Counted from the stretch's first letter, positions 6,382 through 15,437 are shown. The stretch is DNA of 32,000 nucleotides from Sinorhizobium meliloti (GCF_017876815.1 NZ_JAGIOS010000002.1:1080001-1112000); one strand, 5' to 3'. Made by a program: numbers and translations. The notes: generated by a model not told the origin, from the sequence alone.

Positions 6382-8469
6382 CTAGTTGACCTTCAGGAAG
6401 GCCGTTTCGCAAGGGTGATGAAGCAGATCGGACAGCTCCTGATCAAGATGGAGAATGGTGATCGAAGCGCCGGCCATGTCCAGTGAGGTGCAATAATGTC
6501 CGATCCAATTCGCTTCGATCAGAATGTCCTTTGCCGCCAGTCGCTGCTGGACCCGCCGGAACAGGATATAGAGTTCCATGAGGGGCGTCGCACCGAAGGA
6601 ATTGACGAGAACGGCGACGCGCTCGCCGGGTGCTGTCTTCATCTCCTTGAAGATGCGGTCCATGATGCTGTCGGTAATCTCGTCCGCCGATCGGATGCGC
6701 TCGCGCGTCACCCCCGGTTCGCCGTGGATGCCCATGCCGACCTCCATGTCGTCCGGGCCGATCTCGAAATTGTGCCGGCGCGTCTGCGGCATCGATCCGG
6801 GTTCGAGCGCGACTCCCACCGTATAGGTGCGCAGGTTCGCCTTTTGCGTGACGGCTTCGCACGCTTCCAGCGACAGGCCCCGATCGCAGGCCGCGCCCGC
6901 GATCTTGAAGATGAAGAAGTTGCCGGCAACGCCGCGCCGGCCCTCGCGGTCTTCGACCGGCGAGGAGGCGACGTCGTCGGTCGTCAGGACAGTCTTTACC
7001 TTGATGCCCTTTTCTTCGGCGATTTCAGCCGCCATCTCGAAGTTCATCACGTCGCCGGCATAGTTGCCGTAGACGAAGAGCACTCCTTCGCCTCCGGACG
7101 CGGCCTCGGCGCATTGCACGATCGGATCGGGCGGCGGTGAGGAAAAGATGTTGCCGACCGCAACCGCATCGGCGAGACCCTTGCCGACATAACCGAGGAA
7201 GCACGGCTCGTGCCCCGTGCCCCCGCCGATGACTAGGCCGACTTTTCCGGGCCTGGGGCCGTTGCGCGCGACGAGCGCCCGGTGCGATCCGTTGATCGGC
7301 TGCAGGTAAATCTCATGCGCCTTGACGGCTCCATCCAGCATCTCTTCGACGACTTCGTTCGGGTTGTTGAGGAATTTCTTGACGTGGGTGCGATAGGAGC
7401 TCGGTGTCTGGACAAGCTTCGGGCGGTGCGAAAGCTTGGCGTCGAGTGCCGTGACGCCGTCGGCCCGCAAGATAGCGTGACCGGTCGCCGCGTCCGTGAT
7501 GAGCACGTTGACATAGCCGCCGCGTAACGCCGCGAGCAGGGCCGGAACCTTGTCGAAGCCGCCAGCGACCGCAATGCGCGTTCCTATCTTGCGGAGCAGG
7601 TCCAGCGAGATGCCGACCGTGCGATGGTCGAGCGGGCCCGCGACCGGACGGCCGCGTTCATCGATGAAACGGCCCGCAACGACGCCGACGGCGCCGGCCG
7701 CCAGATAGTCCTGCAGCGAGACCGATTCGAAGAAACCGCTGGTATGAATGGTGGAATTCGGCCGAAGAGAGGAGATGCCGAAAAGCACCCGGTTTGCCCT
7801 CGCCAAAGTCGCGAACTGCTCCTGAACCAGAGGCTCTTCCAGAAGCATATGCAGGAGCTCGGGCGATTTGACCACCGCCGGCGCGGTGATGTTGACGCAG
7901 CGGGCCGAAATTGCACGGGCGACCGCCGAGGCACAAAGCTCCGGCGTATAGGCAAAAGAGGCCGTGGTGCCGCCGGTCGCCTGAACCACCGTCATGTCCT
8001 GAAGGGAAGCGATCCCGGCGTGTTCGCCAACAGAAAGCACGGTGCGGCCCCAGGCGACGGCGAGCGTATCGCCGGATTTCAGGAGTTTTGGAAGCGCCTG
8101 CGCCCCGGCCGCGCCGAGGCGATCGATCAATGGACGTGCATTGTCGTCGCTCGGGACCACGAGACAGTCGGTCAGGCCGAAATGCCGCTTCAATTCCTGG
8201 GCGATGGTGAGCGATGCCAGCCGCGCCGGCTCGATCGAAATGTTGACGATGCCTTTTTCGCGGGCGTCGGCGAGATAGCTGTTTACCGTCGCCCGCGACA
8301 CACCCATGGCCTCGGCGATCTCGCCCTGCGTCATGCCGTCTTCGTAATAAAGCCAGCAGGCCCAGACATAGGGGTCGTCACCGTAGCGCAAGGGGATCGC
8401 GTCCGAAGCATCGATCGTACCGCTTCGATTGGCAGCGCCCTTGCGCGCAGAAGGTGTCTTGATCGTCAT
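6382..8469 (-). CDS. Fusion protein: SorC-family sugar-binding transcriptional regulator (N-terminal) plus DhaK domain (C-terminal)
   Basis: One uninterrupted 695-codon ORF. Residues 45-75 are an HTH (MTQGEIAEAMGVSRATVNSYLADAREKGIV), followed to about residue 345 by a SorC/DeoR-type sugar sensor domain. From about residue 364 (KKFLNNPNEVVEEMLDG) there is a complete DhaK domain with GGGTGHEP, NYAGDVMNF and GIHGEPG. Confidence 0.88.
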   Translation of the reverse strand: MTIKTPSARKGAANRSGTIDASDAIPLRYGDDPYVWACWLYYEDGMTQGEIAEAMGVSRATVNSYLADAREKGIVNISIEPARLASLTIAQELKRHFGLTDCLVVPSDDNARPLIDRLGAAGAQALPKLLKSGDTLAVAWGRTVLSVGEHAGIASLQDMTVVQATGGTTASFAYTPELCASAVARAISARCVNITAPAVVKSPELLHMLLEEPLVQEQFATLARANRVLFGISSLRPNSTIHTSGFFESVSLQDYLAAGAVGVVAGRFIDERGRPVAGPLDHRTVGISLDLLRKIGTRIAVAGGFDKVPALLAALRGGYVNVLITDAATGHAILRADGVTALDAKLSHRPKLVQTPSSYRTHVKKFLNNPNEVVEEMLDGAVKAHEIYLQPINGSHRALVARNGPRPGKVGLVIGGGTGHEPCFLGYVGKGLADAVAVGNIFSSPPPDPIVQCAEAASGGEGVLFVYGNYAGDVMNFEMAAEIAEEKGIKVKTVLTTDDVASSPVEDREGRRGVAGNFFIFKIAGAACDRGLSLEACEAVTQKANLRTYTVGVALEPGSMPQTRRHNFEIGPDDMEVGMGIHGEPGVTRERIRSADEITDSIMDRIFKEMKTAPGERVAVLVNSFGATPLMELYILFRRVQQRLAAKDILIEANWIGHYCTSLDMAGASITILHLDQELSDLLHHPCETAFLKVN

Positions 8470-8582
8470 GCAGTCCTGTACTTCCCCTGTTTTCGGACCG
8501 CGAGGATGGAAGCAACGCCGTGCTTTTGCAATGGGGCCCGGGTGCCGCTAACCCCTTTGCACGGAATCGCGCGAAGGTGACG

Positions 8583-9230
8583 TCAGGCGAGCCGGGCGCG
8601 TGCCCCGTGGGACAACTCCCTGAGGATGATCGCACAGGAGGTGGCGCCGGCGTCCAACACGCCGAGCGAGCGTTCGCCGAGGCGGCTCGCCCGGCCGATC
8701 CTCGCGATGAGGTCGCGCGTCGAGTCGCGGCCGGCCTCCGCCGCCGATACAAGTGCGTCGAGCGCTTCGGCGAAGGGCCTGCCGTCGGCAGTCGCCGCAT
8801 CGAAGGCGTCGACCGCAGGCACCAAGGTGTCGAGCAGCGTCTTGTCGCCCACCTTGGCGGAGCCGATCGACCGGATGCCTTCGAGCCCCGCATGAAGCAT
8901 GCGGCTATAGGCGGCGGCGTCGATTGCATCAGCGCCCTCGATCTTTTGCGCGAATTCGGTGAACATCACGCCGTAGAGCGGCCCCATCGAGCCCCCGATC
9001 TCCGTCATCAGCACGGTGCCGAGCGTATCGAGCGCCTCTGCAAGCGAGGCGTCCTTGCCCTTCAGGCGTTCTGCGGCAAGGCCAAAGCCCTTGGCCATGT
9101 TCACGCCGTGATCGCCATCGCCGATCTTGCCGTCGATCTCGCTCAGATAGGCGCGGTTTTCGATGATCCGGTCGGCAAGCGTGAGGACGATGTCGCCGGC
9201 TCTTGCATTTTCAAACGTCTGCATGTCCAT
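8583..9230 (-). CDS. dhaL: Dihydroxyacetone kinase subunit L (DhaL domain), copy 2
   Basis: Motif IDGKIGDGDHG is present and the sequence is DhaL-like throughout. I place the start at ATG 9230 (MDMQTF...), 4 nt after the dhaK stop; the track start at 9266 would overlap dhaK by 32 nt. Confidence 0.88.
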   Translation of the reverse strand: MDMQTFENARAGDIVLTLADRIIENRAYLSEIDGKIGDGDHGVNMAKGFGLAAERLKGKDASLAEALDTLGTVLMTEIGGSMGPLYGVMFTEFAQKIEGADAIDAAAYSRMLHAGLEGIRSIGSAKVGDKTLLDTLVPAVDAFDAATADGRPFAEALDALVSAAEAGRDSTRDLIARIGRASRLGERSLGVLDAGATSCAIILRELSHGARARLA

Positions 9231-9234
9231 GTCC

Positions 9235-10227
9235 TCAGAGAACGGCGGTGCAGCGGACCTCGACATCGAGGAGCGCCTTGAGTTCTTCGTCGAGCGCCAT
9301 GACCGTCAGCGTCGCTCCGACCATTTCGAGCGAAGTGAAGTAGTTGCCGACGAAGGTGCGGTAGATCTTGAGGCCCCGGGCGGTGATCTCGCGCTCGATC
9401 GTGTCGTTCAGGATGTAGAGTTCGTTGAGCGGCGTTGCGCCGAGGCCGGAGACGAGCACAGCCACTTCCGTGCCCTGCGGCAGGTCGTGATCGTCCAGCA
9501 CGATCTTGCACATGTCGACAGCGACCTCTTCGGCGGTCTTCAGCGCTTCGACGCGCAGGCCGGGCTCACCGTGATGGCCGATACCGACTTCCATCGTGCC
9601 CGGCTCGATCCGGAAGTTTGGATGCCCGACCGCGGGGAGGGTGCAGGGGCCGAGCCCGACCCCGATCGAGCGGCAATTGTCGATCGCCTTCTGGGCAGCC
9701 GCACGGACCTCTTCGAGACTCGCGCCGGCGGCCGCCTTGGCCCCGCCGATCTTCCACATGAAGATTTCTCCGGCGACGCCGCGCCGCTTCTCGCGCTCTT
9801 CGGGCGGCGCGGAGCAGACGTCGTCATTGGCCACGACCGTCGCAACTTCGATCCCTGCCTTGGCCGCGAGCTTCACCGCCATCTTCACGTTCATGTTGTC
9901 GCCGGCATAGTTGCCGTAGAGGCAGACGACGCCCTTACCGCCGTCTGCCTCGCGCATCGCGTCGTGAAAGCTCTTGGCCGTCGGGGAGGAAAAGAGCTCG
10001 CCGACGGCGACCGCGTCCAGCATGTTGCGGCCGGTGTAGCCGATGAAGGCAGGCTCATGGCCGGAGCCGCCGCCGGTCACGACACCCACCTTGCCGGCAA
10101 CCGGCGCGCCCCTTGCGACGATGACGCGCGGATTTTCGCCGAGGCGGACGATGTCGGCATGCGCCTTGACGAAACCCTTGACGGTATCCTCGACGACTTC
10201 GTCGGGATTGTTGATGAAACGCTGCAT
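9235..10227 (-). CDS. dhaK: Dihydroxyacetone kinase subunit K (DhaK domain), stand-alone copy
   Basis: MQRFINNPDEVVEDTVKGF..., with GGGSGHEP, NYAGDNMNV and GIGHHGEPG. It is full length for a DhaK subunit. Confidence 0.9.
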   Translation of the reverse strand: MQRFINNPDEVVEDTVKGFVKAHADIVRLGENPRVIVARGAPVAGKVGVVTGGGSGHEPAFIGYTGRNMLDAVAVGELFSSPTAKSFHDAMREADGGKGVVCLYGNYAGDNMNVKMAVKLAAKAGIEVATVVANDDVCSAPPEEREKRRGVAGEIFMWKIGGAKAAAGASLEEVRAAAQKAIDNCRSIGVGLGPCTLPAVGHPNFRIEPGTMEVGIGHHGEPGLRVEALKTAEEVAVDMCKIVLDDHDLPQGTEVAVLVSGLGATPLNELYILNDTIEREITARGLKIYRTFVGNYFTSLEMVGATLTVMALDEELKALLDVEVRCTAVL

Positions 10228-10618
10228 GGCAGTCCTCTTTTGTCCGTCGCTGGCGATACGGCCCAGCGCAACACTACGTTGAATCTAACATCGTCTGCCG
10301 GAGCAGACCGGGGTTTGCCGGCGCAGTTCGGGTGCCAGGCCGGCTGGAAAATATTGATCGAGAAATCCTCCCTGGCGAACAGCCGGCTCACGTCGTACTG
10401 CGAATTTCCTACATAATTCAAACATGGCTCGACAAATGTCAACATTCACGTTAGATTGCCGAAAATTCGATAAGGATGGAAGCAGATATCGTCGAGATTC
10501 CTGTTTTTTTCAAAGACTTGACGTTATCCTGCTGTCGCCGCTCCGGCGATCGGCTTGGGGCGGCGGGAAGTCGGCGGGGCGTGAGACACCCCTGAAATGC
10601 GGTGTGGGAGAGGCTGAA

Positions 10619-11605
10619 ATGAAAAGCGTGTTTGCCGACCGGCAATTCAACTTTCTTGTGGCGACCAATGTTCTCGTGGTCGCGCTCGCCGTCGTGTTCG
10701 CCGGAGATACCTTTCTCAGCCTCTACAATTTTCAGTCGATGTCCGCTCAGGTTCCGGAGCTTGCGCTGTTGGCTCTCGGCGTGATGCTCGCCATGATCGC
10801 CGGAGGCGGCGGCATCGATCTGTCGGGCATCGCTCTCGCCAATCTTGCCGGGGTAGGTTCCTACCTGCTGGTGCGCGACTGGGTTTCAGCCGATGAAGCG
10901 CCCCTTGCTTTCTCGTGGCTGTTTGCGGCGATGGCGCTGCTGATCGGTCTCGCCGGCGGTTTGCTGAACGGTGCCTTGATTGCATTGGCCGGCCTTACGC
11001 CGATCATCGCCACGCTCGGCACGCAGCTATTTTTCACAGGTCTCGCTGTCGCTTTCACCAACGGCTCCGCGATCACCCTCGGCTACATCGAGCCCCTCGA
11101 CAATTTCGGCAACACCCCGGTACTCGGTGTGCCGATGTGCTTCACGCTCTTCGTCGTCATCGCGGCCCTGATCGGCGTCGTGCTCCGCTTCACGCCTTTC
11201 GGTTTCAAACTCTACCTGATGGGCAGCAATGCCAAGGCCGCCCGTTATGCCGGCATCCCGCAGCGCCGGATGCTTCTTCTGACCTATACCGTCTGCGGAG
11301 TGCTTGCTTCGATCGCTGGAATCATCATCGCCGCCCGCACCTCCAGCGTGAAGTGGGACTATGGCAGCTCCTACGTTCTCATCGCTATTCTGATCGTCGT
11401 GATGGCGGGTGTACGGCCTGACGGTGGATATGGACGCACGGTCTGTGTCGTCCTCTCCGCGACGGCGCTTCAGATGCTGTCCAGCCTGTTCAATTTCCTC
11501 GATATCTCGAATTTCTTCCGCGACTGCGCCTGGGGACTGCTTCTGATCGTGTTCCTGGCAACGTCGCGCGTCGATCTCCGCGCATATCTTTCGCCGCGAC
11601 GCTGA
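10619..11605 (+). CDS. Sugar ABC transporter permease (RbsC/LsrC-type)
   Basis: ATG at 10619 follows GGGAGAGG. The polytopic sequence MKSVFADRQFNFLVATNVLVV... is typical of the monosaccharide-type permease family. The track ORF starts at 10424, but its first 65 residues are not membrane-like. Confidence 0.85.
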   Translation: MKSVFADRQFNFLVATNVLVVALAVVFAGDTFLSLYNFQSMSAQVPELALLALGVMLAMIAGGGGIDLSGIALANLAGVGSYLLVRDWVSADEAPLAFSWLFAAMALLIGLAGGLLNGALIALAGLTPIIATLGTQLFFTGLAVAFTNGSAITLGYIEPLDNFGNTPVLGVPMCFTLFVVIAALIGVVLRFTPFGFKLYLMGSNAKAARYAGIPQRRMLLLTYTVCGVLASIAGIIIAARTSSVKWDYGSSYVLIAILIVVMAGVRPDGGYGRTVCVVLSATALQMLSSLFNFLDISNFFRDCAWGLLLIVFLATSRVDLRAYLSPRR

Positions 11606-11684
11606 TCCCGAGGTCCCCAAACGGCGCAATGCCCCCCGCCGTCGATTTCTGGTCGGGCAAACAACAAGTGATGAGGAGACACTC

Positions 11685-12686
11685 ATGTCTGTCTACAAGA
11701 AGATTGCCGCCTGCACGGTCGCTTTGGGTGCGCTTTGCGCCGCCCAGCTTGCCGTCGCCCAGGACGCTCCCTCCGTCGTGATCGTCGTCAAGGTGACCGG
11801 TGAGAATTGGTTCACGCGCATGGAGGAAGGTGTCGTTGCCTATGGCAAGGACAACCCAGCTGTTTCGACGAGCCAGATCGGACCGGCCAAGGCCGACGCG
11901 GCCCAGCAGCTTCGCCTCATCGAAGACCTCGTCGCGAAGAACGTTAACGCAATCGCCGTCGTGCCGATGGACCCTTCCGCTCTCGAAGGCGTCTTCAAGC
12001 GGGCGATGAACCGCGGCATCAAGATCATCACGCACGAAGCCGACAGCCTGAAGAACACGCAGGTCGATATCGAAGCCTTCGATAACAAGGTCTTTGGCGC
12101 GCGCTTCAACGAGAAGCTCGCCGAATGCATGGGCAAATCCGGCAAGTGGACCTCATTCGTGGGATCGCTGGGCAGCCTCACGCACGTGCAGTGGGCCGGC
12201 GGGGGTGCAGAGAACGCCAAGAAATATCCGGAAATGGAACTCGTTTCGGAGAAAAACGAGTCCTTCAACGACGCCAACAAAGCCTACGAAAAGGCACGCG
12301 AAATCCTTCGCAAGTATCCCGACATCAAGGGCTTCCAGGGTGGTTCGGCCATTGACGTGATCGGGATCGGCCGCGCGGTCGAGGAAGCCGGCCTCGTCGG
12401 CAAGGTTTGCGTCGTCGGCCTCGGTCTGCCGAAGGACACGGCCAAGTATCTCGAATCGGGTGCCGTACAGAGCATCTCCTTCTGGGACCCGAAGGATGCC
12501 GGCTACGTCATGAACAAGGTTGCCCAGCTCGTGATCGAGGGCAAGGAAATCACGGACGGCATGGATCTCGGGGTGCCGGGTTACAACAAGGTATCCGTGA
12601 AGAAGGGCCCTGGCGACGGCATCATCGTTGTCGGCGAAGCCTGGGTCGACGTCGATAAGTCCAACTACAGCCAGTACCCGTTCTGA
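11685..12686 (+). CDS. Periplasmic sugar-binding protein of ABC transporter (RhaS/LsrB-like type I PBP)
   Basis: GAGGAG lies 6 nt upstream of the ATG. The signal peptide is MSVYKKIAACTVALGALCAAQLAVAQ. The fold is PBP1-like (NVNAIAVVPMDP..., SFWDPKDAGY). Confidence 0.88.
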   Translation: MSVYKKIAACTVALGALCAAQLAVAQDAPSVVIVVKVTGENWFTRMEEGVVAYGKDNPAVSTSQIGPAKADAAQQLRLIEDLVAKNVNAIAVVPMDPSALEGVFKRAMNRGIKIITHEADSLKNTQVDIEAFDNKVFGARFNEKLAECMGKSGKWTSFVGSLGSLTHVQWAGGGAENAKKYPEMELVSEKNESFNDANKAYEKAREILRKYPDIKGFQGGSAIDVIGIGRAVEEAGLVGKVCVVGLGLPKDTAKYLESGAVQSISFWDPKDAGYVMNKVAQLVIEGKEITDGMDLGVPGYNKVSVKKGPGDGIIVVGEAWVDVDKSNYSQYPF

Positions 12687-12833
12687 TCCGCATCGAAGGA
12701 TCCGCGGCTGCAGCCGCATCCGCCGGCAGGGATGGCCCTGCCGGCGAACAGACCGCAACTCCGGACCATGCCAATGCAGTCGACTATCATTGCCGAGACG
12801 AAGATGCCCTCCGCAGGGGCGCGGAGCGATACG

Positions 12834-14354
12834 ATGCCCTTCCTGGAAGTTCGCGACCTGGAGAAGCGCTTCGGCGGCGTTCGCGCGCTCAAGGGGGTGA
12901 GCTTCACGATCGAGCGCGGCCGTACCTACCATCTGATGGGCGAGAACGGATGCGGCAAGAGCACGCTTATCAAGATCATTTCCGGCGCCCAGCCGGCAGA
13001 TGGCGGTGAGCTTGCGATCAACGGCAAAAAGGTCGAGGGGCTGACGCCGATCGGCGCCCTGGCAGCCGGCATCGAGACGGTTTATCAGGACCTGTCGCTT
13101 CTTCCCAATCTGAGCGTCGAAGAGAATGTCGCGCTGACGCAGCAGCTGGTTGCCTCGAACGGGAGCCTCGCGCGGCGTCTCGACCTCAAGGGCCTGCGGG
13201 AGACGGCCGTCCGTGCATTGAAGGACGTCGGACTGCCGACGGAGCCCGCTTTTCTGTCGACCCCCGTCGAAGAACTCCCCATCGCAACGCGCCAGCTCAT
13301 CGCCATTGCTCGCGCGATCGCTTCGGATGCCGGTCTGGTCATCATGGATGAGCCGACGACCGCACTGACGCGGCGCGAAGTGGACAACCTCATTCGCGTC
13401 GTACACGGCCTACACGCCAAGGGCGTGTCTGTCCTTTTCGTCACGCACAAGCTCGACGAATGCAAGGCGATCGGCGGGCAGGCGATCATCATGCGCGACG
13501 GCCTGAAGGTTGCCGAATGCGACGTCGCCACCCAGTCGAAGACCGAACTCGGCTTCTGGATGACGGGCAAGAACCTCGACGACACGCGTTATCGCGTCGA
13601 TACCCATGGTGACGAGACGCTGCTCTCGGTGGAGCGGCTCGGGGGTGCCGGCTTCGACGATGTCAGCTTCACGGTTTCCAAGGGCGAGATATTCGGGATT
13701 ACGGGACTTCTCGATTCCGGGCGGAACGAGCTTGCGCTTTCGCTGGCCGGCGTGGAACCGGCGCGGCGGGGCTCGGTCCTGCTCGCAGGCAGACGGGCCG
13801 ATCTGTCGTCACCCGCCTCGGCGATCGAGGCCGGCATCGGCTATGTTCCGGAGGACCGTCTATCCGAAGGGCTTTTCCTTGGAAAATCCATCCGCGAGAA
13901 TATCGTCATGGCGGTCCTCGACCGACTGCGGGGAGCTTTCGGCCTGCTCGACAGCCGCCGGGCGAAGGCTCTGGCACAGAAAACCGTCGACGATCTGCAG
14001 GTGGCGACTCCGGATATCGACAACCCCGTCATGTCCCTTTCAGGCGGCAACCAGCAGAGGGTCCTGATCGGCCGCTGGCTGACGATCGAGCCGAGCCTGC
14101 TCATCCTGCACGGCCCGACCGTCGGCGTCGACGTCGGATCGAAGGACACGATATTCCGCATCATTCAGCGCCTTGCAGGAGACGGCATGAGCGTCGTCAT
14201 CATCAGCGACGACCTGCCCGAGCTTCTGCAGAACTGCGACCGCGTGATGGTGATGCGTAAAGGCCGGGTCGCCGATATCTTTCCGGCCGAAGGGCTCGAG
14301 GAGGACGCAATCTACAAGTCGATGATGGCCGAAGACGGCCAGGGAGTTCAATAA
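12834..14354 (+). CDS. Sugar ABC transporter ATP-binding protein, duplicated ATPase cassette
   Basis: Walker A GENGCGKST, an LSGG-type signature (SLSGGNQQR) and a degenerate second Walker A (GLLDSGRNE), as in RbsA-type proteins. The start is uncertain: ATG 12834 has GGAG 7 nt upstream, and in-frame ATGs also occur at 12732, 12768, 12774 and 12804. Confidence 0.85.
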   Translation: MPFLEVRDLEKRFGGVRALKGVSFTIERGRTYHLMGENGCGKSTLIKIISGAQPADGGELAINGKKVEGLTPIGALAAGIETVYQDLSLLPNLSVEENVALTQQLVASNGSLARRLDLKGLRETAVRALKDVGLPTEPAFLSTPVEELPIATRQLIAIARAIASDAGLVIMDEPTTALTRREVDNLIRVVHGLHAKGVSVLFVTHKLDECKAIGGQAIIMRDGLKVAECDVATQSKTELGFWMTGKNLDDTRYRVDTHGDETLLSVERLGGAGFDDVSFTVSKGEIFGITGLLDSGRNELALSLAGVEPARRGSVLLAGRRADLSSPASAIEAGIGYVPEDRLSEGLFLGKSIRENIVMAVLDRLRGAFGLLDSRRAKALAQKTVDDLQVATPDIDNPVMSLSGGNQQRVLIGRWLTIEPSLLILHGPTVGVDVGSKDTIFRIIQRLAGDGMSVVIISDDLPELLQNCDRVMVMRKGRVADIFPAEGLEEDAIYKSMMAEDGQGVQ

Positions 14355-14355
14355 C

Positions 14356-15387
14356 ATGGCCGATGTCGCAGCGACCCCCGTCAGCGGGAGCGAGGAAGTG
14401 CCCGCCGCAATCCGGACCATGCGCTGGTTTATCCGCCACCCTCCGGCCGTTACCTTCCTTCTCGTCGTGATCGTCTGCATCGTCGTGGGCACGATCAATC
14501 CCGACTTCTGGCAGGTTTCGAACCTGTTCGACATGGCACGCTCCACCGTCGTGCGCGGCCTCTTTGCGCTTGGCGTTCTCGTCGTGCTGGCATCCGGCGG
14601 GCTCGACGTATCGTTCACGGCCATTGCTGCGCTGGTGATGTACGTCATCACCATGCTGGTCACGAATTATGTGCCGGATCTGTCCATCTGGCCGATCCTT
14701 GGCATCGCAGCCGCCGGCGGCGCGATCCTAGGCATTTGCAACGGCTTGCTGGTCCACGCATTGCAGGCGCCCTCACTGATCGTGACGATCGGCACGCAAT
14801 ACGCGATCCGCGGGTTTCTGCTGACGTTCATCGGAACGGCCCTGTTCATGAACATCCCCGAGTCCATGGACGCTTTCGGGAAGCTCGCGCTTTTCCGGTA
14901 TGAGGGGGCGCATGGTGCAGTCTCGACGTTGCCCGCCTATTTCCTCGTTCTGGTCGTTGCCGCACTCGCCACCTGGTATATCCTCAAGCGGACCCTTATC
15001 GGCCGGGCTATCTATGCGGTGGGCGGAAACGCCAGCATCGCCTCGCGTCTCGGATACAACCTGCGCACCGTCCACGTGTTCGTCTTTGCCTATGCCGGTC
15101 TGCTCGCCGGGATTGCGGGTATCATGCACGTGTCGAGCAATCGGCTCGCCAACCCTTTCGATCTGGCGGGGTCGGAGCTGGACGTTATCGCTGCGGTCGT
15201 CCTCGGTGGCGCGCGCATCACCGGAGGGTCGGGTACGGTGCTCGGAACACTTCTCGGGGTATTGCTGATCACGCTCGTCAACAATGTGCTGATCCTCGTC
15301 GGCATCCCGAGCACGCTGCAACTCGCAATCATCGGGCTCTTCATTGTCGTCGCCGGTGCCATGTTCTCCATCAGGCCGAAAAGCTGA
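14356..15387 (+). CDS. Sugar ABC transporter permease (second, RbsC-type)
   Basis: It starts 1 nt after the ATPase stop and is a polytopic membrane protein of the same family as 10619..11605. Confidence 0.88.
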   Translation: MADVAATPVSGSEEVPAAIRTMRWFIRHPPAVTFLLVVIVCIVVGTINPDFWQVSNLFDMARSTVVRGLFALGVLVVLASGGLDVSFTAIAALVMYVITMLVTNYVPDLSIWPILGIAAAGGAILGICNGLLVHALQAPSLIVTIGTQYAIRGFLLTFIGTALFMNIPESMDAFGKLALFRYEGAHGAVSTLPAYFLVLVVAALATWYILKRTLIGRAIYAVGGNASIASRLGYNLRTVHVFVFAYAGLLAGIAGIMHVSSNRLANPFDLAGSELDVIAAVVLGGARITGGSGTVLGTLLGVLLITLVNNVLILVGIPSTLQLAIIGLFIVVAGAMFSIRPKS

Positions 15388-15437
15388 GCGCTGTCGGCTG
15401 TGAAGACGTGCTGACCGATCGTCTGTGATTCACAATG

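Noticed and set aside
7624-8580. A 318-aa plus-strand ORF over the SorC half of the fusion gene
   Set aside because: It is antisense to a recognisable HTH plus sugar-sensor domain, with no independent support.
9163-10416. A 417-aa plus-strand ORF over dhaK copy 2
   Set aside because: It is antisense to a full-length DhaK with all catalytic motifs, and has no domain signature of its own.
10282-10458. An 8-nt inverted repeat AATCTAAC ... GTTAGATT about 160 bp apart in the dhaK/ABC divergent spacer, considered as SorC operator half-sites
   Set aside because: An 8-mer match in either orientation within about 390 bp is expected by chance roughly once. There is no further symmetry or repetition to support it.
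12153-13406. A 417-aa minus-strand ORF over the SBP and ATPase genes
   Set aside because: It is antisense to two recognisable ABC components and spans their intergenic region. It is a high-GC artefact.
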